From contig OZ250150.1 of assembly GCA_965237675.1 (NCBI GenBank), forward strand, positions 3,712,001 to 3,776,000: DNA of 64,000 bases, given 5' to 3'. The DNA comes from Candidatus Latescibacterota bacterium (GTDB lineage: Bacteria; Latescibacterota; UBA2968; GCA-2709665). Shown piece after piece: positions 59,324 through 64,000 of this stretch. How positions within the stretch are numbered: the stretch's first letter is position 1; the number at the start of each line of letters is the position of its first letter. The translations under genes were made by a program, and so were the position numbers. The notes below the pieces were generated by a model that was given only the letters and a program-made list of their open reading frames with translations, ran no database searches and was not told where the DNA came from.

Positions 59324-60703
59324 CTCCGCTCAGCAGTACCAGGGCTCGGTGAGGCGGGGAAGGGATTGGCGGTTCGAGTCAATACCGGAATCGAACTCCG
59401 GGGCCGGGCGGCCCAACAGGTGGTGGAGGTACGACCGGATTCTATGGAAAATTTCTCGCCGGCTGGTGTCCTGATTCTGAAGCCGTGTGACCAACCGGGT
59501 GAGTTCGTGTTGGAGCCGATCCAACCGTACATCCGGATGTGCCCACGGATATGACAGGGTTTCGGGTGCGAAGGGTTCCACCAGGTCCCGAATCTGGGCA
59601 AGGTCCAGGAGTCTTGAGCCTTTGGGGATGAGCAGCCGTATCGTGAGCTGTACGGGAGAGACGTTCTCGATCAGGTCAAGGCCCGCGAGGGTGTCCAGAA
59701 AGCCGGCATAGTGCTCCATGGTGGCCCAGGGCGTGAACGGGATGAAGGTCGGATTCATTACGAGTTCGTGTCGTCGAAAGAGATGCACGACTTCGATGAA
59801 GTCGTCGACTGTATGGCCCTTGTCCAACCGCGCGAGGACCCGGTCGTCGAGGGACTCGACGGCGGTCGTGACAATCGCGCACCCGGTATCTTTGAGGAGG
59901 GGCAGATAACGGCTATACCCTAGCAGATGTTCGATTTTGACGGTGATGTCGTAGGTGACATCGGGAAATGTTTCGTGGAGCCTTTTTAAAATCGGTATGG
60001 CGTGGCCGATACCGTTGAAGAAGTCGGGATCACCAAACGTGATGTGACCGGCCCCCGCGGCGACCTGTTTCGCAATGTCGTCCAGCACGGTCTCCGGTTG
60101 CACAATACGGAATCTGCCCCTGTACACGGGCACCACGGGACAATGGCGACAGAGATGTTTGCAACCTCGGCTGGCCTCCGTATAGCCGACGGTTGTGAGA
60201 TGTCCGTCCTCTGTGGATAGTCGCGCGTATCGGGAAAGGTCCGGCAGGCCTGTCCGGTCGGGCGGAAGAAACCGCAGCCTGGCCAGGGAAACGACGGGCT
60301 CTTCCTGATCCGGGGTGGCGCTCGAGGCCTCTTGCAGACGCCTGCAGAGTTGAAGCAGTCCGTTTTCGAATTCTCCGCCGAGAATGGTCTGGGCGCCCAC
60401 GCTTCGCAGGAAGGATTCGTTCACGGATGCATAGAGCCCATAGAAACAGAGGTGGGCGTTGGCATTCTGTTCGCGGGCTCTTAAGGCAAGCGGTACGGCA
60501 AGTCGCGTTGCCGTGTGCATTGGCACGTAGAATGCTACCAGATCGGCGTCCCGAACGGCCTCGTCAGGAAAATCGTCTATTGAAACGTCAGCCAGGACAA
60601 CGTGGATGCCCGCCCTCCGCAACCATCCTGCCGGCGAGGCCAGACCGAATGGCTGACGACCCAATTCGTAGGTGGACACGAGCACGACTTTGAATGGACG
60701 CAA
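59294..60703 (-). CDS. CUAEP-tail radical SAM selenoprotein (UGA at 59332-59330 read as Sec), 469 aa
   Basis: EASRGCKHLCRHC (CxxxCxxC), N-terminal B12-binding-like region. The tail reads LTEPWYC-TGA-AEPTEEQFALV-TGA and a hairpin follows the first TGA. The TTG start is uncertain. Confidence 0.88.
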
Positions 60704-60736
60704 TGGGGAGATGGTAGGCAGCCCTTGGTCATCCTG

Positions 60737-60785
60737 AAAAAAACGGCAGACACGGGGGCGGCCCTCACGAAGTCTGCCGTTTTTT
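60737..60785. terminator. Intrinsic terminator after nfuA
   Basis: AAAAAACGGCAGAC...GTCTGCCGTTTTTT, a 14-bp inverted repeat with T-tracts on both strands. Confidence 0.75.
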
Positions 60786-60796
60786 GTAAGCTGTTG

Positions 60797-61381
60797 TTAT
60801 TTTGAGGACTGGTAGTACGGGTTCGTACCACCCGCGTGTTCGGTCACGTCGAGGATCTCTTCAATTTCGGGCACGGCCTCCTTGATGAGGACTTCGACAC
60901 CCTGTTTGAGCGTGACATCCACCATGCCGCAACCCTGGCATCCTCCGCCGAACTGGATGTACGCTTTATTGTCCTTTACGTCGATCAACGAGATATGACC
61001 ACCGTGCATGGCAACGCCGGGGTTGATCTTCTCGTCGATGATGTTCTGGATCTTCTCTGCAGTGGTGCCTTTCAGATGCGAGGGAACCTTGTTGGGATTC
61101 TCTATCTTGAAACCTCTTCCCATCAGGCTGTCCACAAAGTCCAGGATGATGTCCTGGGCATACGGGGCGCTTTCCTGGCCGACGTAGACATTGAACCCGT
61201 CGAACGGGGTGACGTCGTCGTCTTCGTTTTCCTGCCCGTCGGCGACAAAGCCGAGTCGGTAGTTGGCCTGCAGAGGCGATACCGCCTCTGCTTTGACACG
61301 AACGCCAACGATGGCCGACTCCTGGTTCCGGATAAGGTTGACGACCTCCTTCTGCGCGGCTTCGGTTACGGTGATGTTCAT
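60797..61381 (-). CDS. nfuA: Fe-S carrier NfuA (degenerate A-type domain plus Nfu domain)
   Basis: ITVTEAA...LDFVD...GFKIENPN, then INPGVAMHGG...FGGGCQGCG...TLKQGVE...DVTEHAGGTNPYY. Confidence 0.88.
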   Translation of the reverse strand: MNITVTEAAQKEVVNLIRNQESAIVGVRVKAEAVSPLQANYRLGFVADGQENEDDDVTPFDGFNVYVGQESAPYAQDIILDFVDSLMGRGFKIENPNKVPSHLKGTTAEKIQNIIDEKINPGVAMHGGHISLIDVKDNKAYIQFGGGCQGCGMVDVTLKQGVEVLIKEAVPEIEEILDVTEHAGGTNPYYQSSK

Positions 61382-61421
61382 ATCGACCTTCCCCTTAGAG
61401 AGGTGTGCTTTGCCAGGGCGG

Positions 61422-61916
61422 TCAAGACTGAAGCGCCACTGTCGGTCTTGCAGGATGTTCGCGGTCTATTTTCTCCTGAATTTTCATCAGCGCGAACAAC
61501 AGGTCTTCAGGCCGGGGCGGGCAGCCCGGCACGTAGATATCCACCGGCAAGAACTGATCGACGCCCTGAACAAGCGTATACGTATTGAAAACGCCTCCGG
61601 ACGATGCGCAGGCGCCCATCGAAATCACCCACTTCGGATCCGGCATCTGATCGTAGATCTTCTTGAGAACCGGCATCATCTTGATCGATATCCGACCTGA
61701 TACAATGAGCAAGTCGGACTGCCGTGGCGAGAACCGCACAGCTTCCGCGCCGAAGCGAGCCATGTCGAAGCGTCCGGAGAGCGTGGCCATCATTTCGATG
61801 GCGCAGCAAGCCGTGCCGAATGGCATTGGCCAGAGGGATGATTTCCGCGCCCAGTTAATCATTTTGGACAGAGTGGTTGTGAAAACGTTATCGCCAAGGC
61901 CCGTCTCAAGTCCCAT
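61422..61916 (-). CDS. nuoB: NADH-quinone oxidoreductase subunit B-like 4Fe-4S protein (stand-alone)
   Basis: [54 protein letters not shown]. Confidence 0.9.
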   Translation of the reverse strand: MGLETGLGDNVFTTTLSKMINWARKSSLWPMPFGTACCAIEMMATLSGRFDMARFGAEAVRFSPRQSDLLIVSGRISIKMMPVLKKIYDQMPDPKWVISMGACASSGGVFNTYTLVQGVDQFLPVDIYVPGCPPRPEDLLFALMKIQEKIDREHPARPTVALQS

Positions 61917-62019
61917 TGATCACCTCTGCAGAAGGGTTGGAAACGTCACGTGAGATGTACGTCGCCGGCGAAGCGTCCACGACGTACCGACCGGTTGGCA
62001 ACCCGCCCGCGGCGTTTTG

Positions 62020-62499
62020 CTAACCCGAAACCTGAATCAGCTCGTCCGTCACGTTCTGCAAACAGGCATCCATGGCCTGTTCTTCTCCCAGCAGATCATT
62101 CAGTGTAACGCGGCTCAGCAGCTGATCGATCATGGACTGTACCGAGGTCCACAGCGATCGTATCGAACAGTCTACGGAGTGCGTACATAGTAATTCCCGG
62201 CCAGCGTGTTCCTCGCAGAATTCCGGTGTGAACAGTCGACCGCCGAGTGCGGTCAGTACGTCGCCGACCACAATCAGGTCAGCAGATTGCGCGAGTCTGT
62301 ACCCTCCGGCCTGTCCTCGAACGCTTTCGACGAATTCCCCCAGCCGCAGAAGACGCATCAGCTTGGCGACATTTGGGATGGAGAGGCCTTCAACCTGGCT
62401 GATCTCAGATATGGAGAGGCCGCCGCCGGTTTCTCTCTGCCTGCGGCCAATCTGAAGCAGGCACCGAAGCCCGTATTCTTCCCCGGCGCTCAATTTCAT
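62020..62499 (-). CDS. Rrf2-family transcriptional regulator (IscR-like, three C-terminal Cys)
   Basis: EYGLRCL, wHTH, VESVRGQAGGYRL, FCEEHAG...CTHSVDCSIRSLW. Confidence 0.88.
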   Translation of the reverse strand: MKLSAGEEYGLRCLLQIGRRQRETGGGLSISEISQVEGLSIPNVAKLMRLLRLGEFVESVRGQAGGYRLAQSADLIVVGDVLTALGGRLFTPEFCEEHAGRELLCTHSVDCSIRSLWTSVQSMIDQLLSRVTLNDLLGEEQAMDACLQNVTDELIQVSG

Positions 62500-62640
62500 G
62501 GCGCTATAGCTTTCTTGGATGGGTTGGACGTCTGATTGAATCCATCTGTTCGGCTAAACGGCTCCATGGATCCGGAAAGTCCGCGTCGTCGGCCTCGGCA
62601 CCCGCGACGGTGGGGGGTGTGGCGCGGTTACGGGTTCCGA

Positions 62641-63150
62641 CTAAAACAGTCCGAGCTCGAGTCTTGCTGCTTCGGACATCATCTCCGGGTTCCACGGCGG
62701 ATCGAAGGTCAGATCCAGGTTGACGTCTCGGACACCGGAAACCGAGCGGGTGACGCTTTCAACCTGCCCGGGCAGGATACCCGCGGCCGGACATGCGGGG
62801 GAGGTCAAAGTCATTTTAACGTAGGTCATCCCGGAGGGTTCGACCTTGACTTCGTATATGAGGCCGATATCGTAGATGTTGATCGGAATCTCCGGATCGA
62901 AAACCGTGCGATGGGCGGCGATGATGTTATCTCTGACGCCTTCGGTGTTTATCGAGTTTTCGGTTTCGGCCGCGGCTGCGGCCGCTTCGGCCATCTCTTG
63001 CTTTTCTTCCTTGCTTGCGGCGGCGTGCGCCGTCAGCGCGCTGATGTCGACGGGATTCGCCTCGTCTGCCGCGTTTGTATTCGACTCGTCGCTTGGAGGC
63101 GAATCGTCTTCTTTGTTCCTGTACAGTCGGTTCAGCAGTCGGTTCAGCAC
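62641..63150 (-). CDS. sufT: DUF59/SufT-like Fe-S assembly protein
   Basis: VFDPEIPINIYDIGLIY, MTLTSPACP, TFDPPW.PEMMSEAARLELG. Confidence 0.85.
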   Translation of the reverse strand: MLNRLLNRLYRNKEDDSPPSDESNTNAADEANPVDISALTAHAAASKEEKQEMAEAAAAAAETENSINTEGVRDNIIAAHRTVFDPEIPINIYDIGLIYEVKVEPSGMTYVKMTLTSPACPAAGILPGQVESVTRSVSGVRDVNLDLTFDPPWNPEMMSEAARLELGLF

Positions 63151-63173
63151 GATGGATTCCTCCCGTTAGACGC

Positions 63174-63629
63174 CTACTCGGTGGTCACAGGCAATTCGCG
63201 TTTCTCAAGTGCTGCCACAAGGGTGTGCCACGCCAGGGTTGCGCATTTGATGCGCACAGGGAACTCTCTTACGCCCGAAAAAACGGCCAGTTTGCCGATA
63301 CCGTCGGTGACGGGTTGGGTCGAAACATCGCTGGTGACCAGGTCGCGGAACTTTCCGAAGAGCGATTGTGCTTCCTGAAGGGTCCGTCCCTTGACCGCGT
63401 CGGTCATCAGAGATGCCGACGCCTTGGAGATGGCACATCCGGCGCCTTGAAAAGCGATATCTGCAATGCGGTTGCCGTCGATTTTCACGAAGAGGTTGAA
63501 ATGGTCGCCACACAACGGGTTGTACCCCTCGGACGTTCGATCCGCGCCGGTCATCGACCGGAAGTTGCGCGGACTCCGATTGTGGTCCAGAATGACCTGT
63601 TGGTAGAGTTCTCGGAGATCGGACATCAT
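63174..63629 (-). CDS. sufU: SUF-system NifU-family protein
   Basis: LYQQVILDH, NPLCGD, GCAISKASAS, PVRIKCATLAW. Confidence 0.9.
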   Translation of the reverse strand: MMSDLRELYQQVILDHNRSPRNFRSMTGADRTSEGYNPLCGDHFNLFVKIDGNRIADIAFQGAGCAISKASASLMTDAVKGRTLQEAQSLFGKFRDLVTSDVSTQPVTDGIGKLAVFSGVREFPVRIKCATLAWHTLVAALEKRELPVTTE

Positions 63630-64000
63630 CGGAAGACCTCATGGGTCGTGTGCAACGCCCGTACGAGCGTGTCGATGTCTTCCCGCGTATTGTAAAACGC
63701 TGTGGCCGCTCGGGTCGTCGCGGGAATATTGAAGTGCCGCATCACAGGTTGGGCGCAATGGTGTCCGGCGCGGACTGCCACGCCTTGCTGATCAACGATG
63801 GTGCCGACGTCATGCGGGTGGACACCGTCCAGAACGAAGGAGATGACACTGACTTTCTCTTCAGCCGTTCCTATGATTCTCAGCCCTGATATCTCGGAAA
63901 GGGCGTCGGTGGCATAGGCCAGCAGGTCGTTCTCGTAAGCGGCGGCCGCTTCCAGGTCGATCCGGTTCAAATAGTCGATGGCGGCGCCGAGCCCGATACA
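63626..64000 (-). CDS. sufS: Cysteine desulfurase SufS, C-terminal part (runs off window)
   Basis: GLGAAIDYL, HPHDVG, group II catalytic loop VRAGHHCAQP; ATGA overlap with sufU. Confidence 0.9.
   Translation of the reverse strand, partial: CIGLGAAIDYLNRIDLEAAAAYENDLLAYATDALSEISGLRIIGTAEEKVSVISFVLDGVHPHDVGTIVDQQGVAVRAGHHCAQPVMRHFNIPATTRAATAFYNTREDIDTLVRALHTTHEVFR

Noticed and set aside
60704-60799. nfuA and the radical SAM gene are in frame with only a TAA between them (possible fusion)
   Set aside because: TAA is not a recoded stop, NfuA ends at its normal C-terminus and the linker is a terminator hairpin; chance explains the frame.

Overview
A GC-rich, densely coding bacterial chromosomal window. 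The DUF6785-like membrane paralogs, a secreted protein with paired DFDGNGxVDFxDF repeats and many Gfo/Idh/MocA, AKR, SDR and amidohydrolase genes suggest a Latescibacterota/Poribacteria-like heterotroph; this is inference only. In order it holds: a sigma-54 activator (cut by the window edge), thrC, an IS630-family element with a T5C7 frameshift site, hpnCDE, a corrinoid adenosyltransferase and an AbrB-VapC toxin-antitoxin pair. Next come a long catabolic locus (heparinase II/III-like, ComA-like, M14-like, epimerase, two DUF6785-like genes, dehydrogenases), PAC2, ltaE, an amidohydrolase cluster and secreted, TPR, TonB and Kelch proteins. Then follow a split NitT/TauT ABC transporter, GH-like proteins, a frameshifted epimerase, ggt, aspC, pgm, ytfI/ytfJ-like genes, an ATP-grasp ligase and the 3' end of a suf operon. 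Top observations: (1) a radical SAM gene whose apparent TGA stop is very likely selenocysteine (tail WYC-U-AEP followed by a SECIS-like hairpin), facing an ATP-grasp ligase and lying downstream of sufS-sufU-sufT-rrf2-nuoB-nfuA; (2) a stand-alone nuoB inside that Fe-S cluster; (3) a canonical-looking tandem NrdR box pair with no ribonucleotide reductase nearby; (4) a dispersed REP-like repeat family. No rRNA, tRNA or CRISPR array was recognised. All family assignments come from motif recognition by eye, not database searches.
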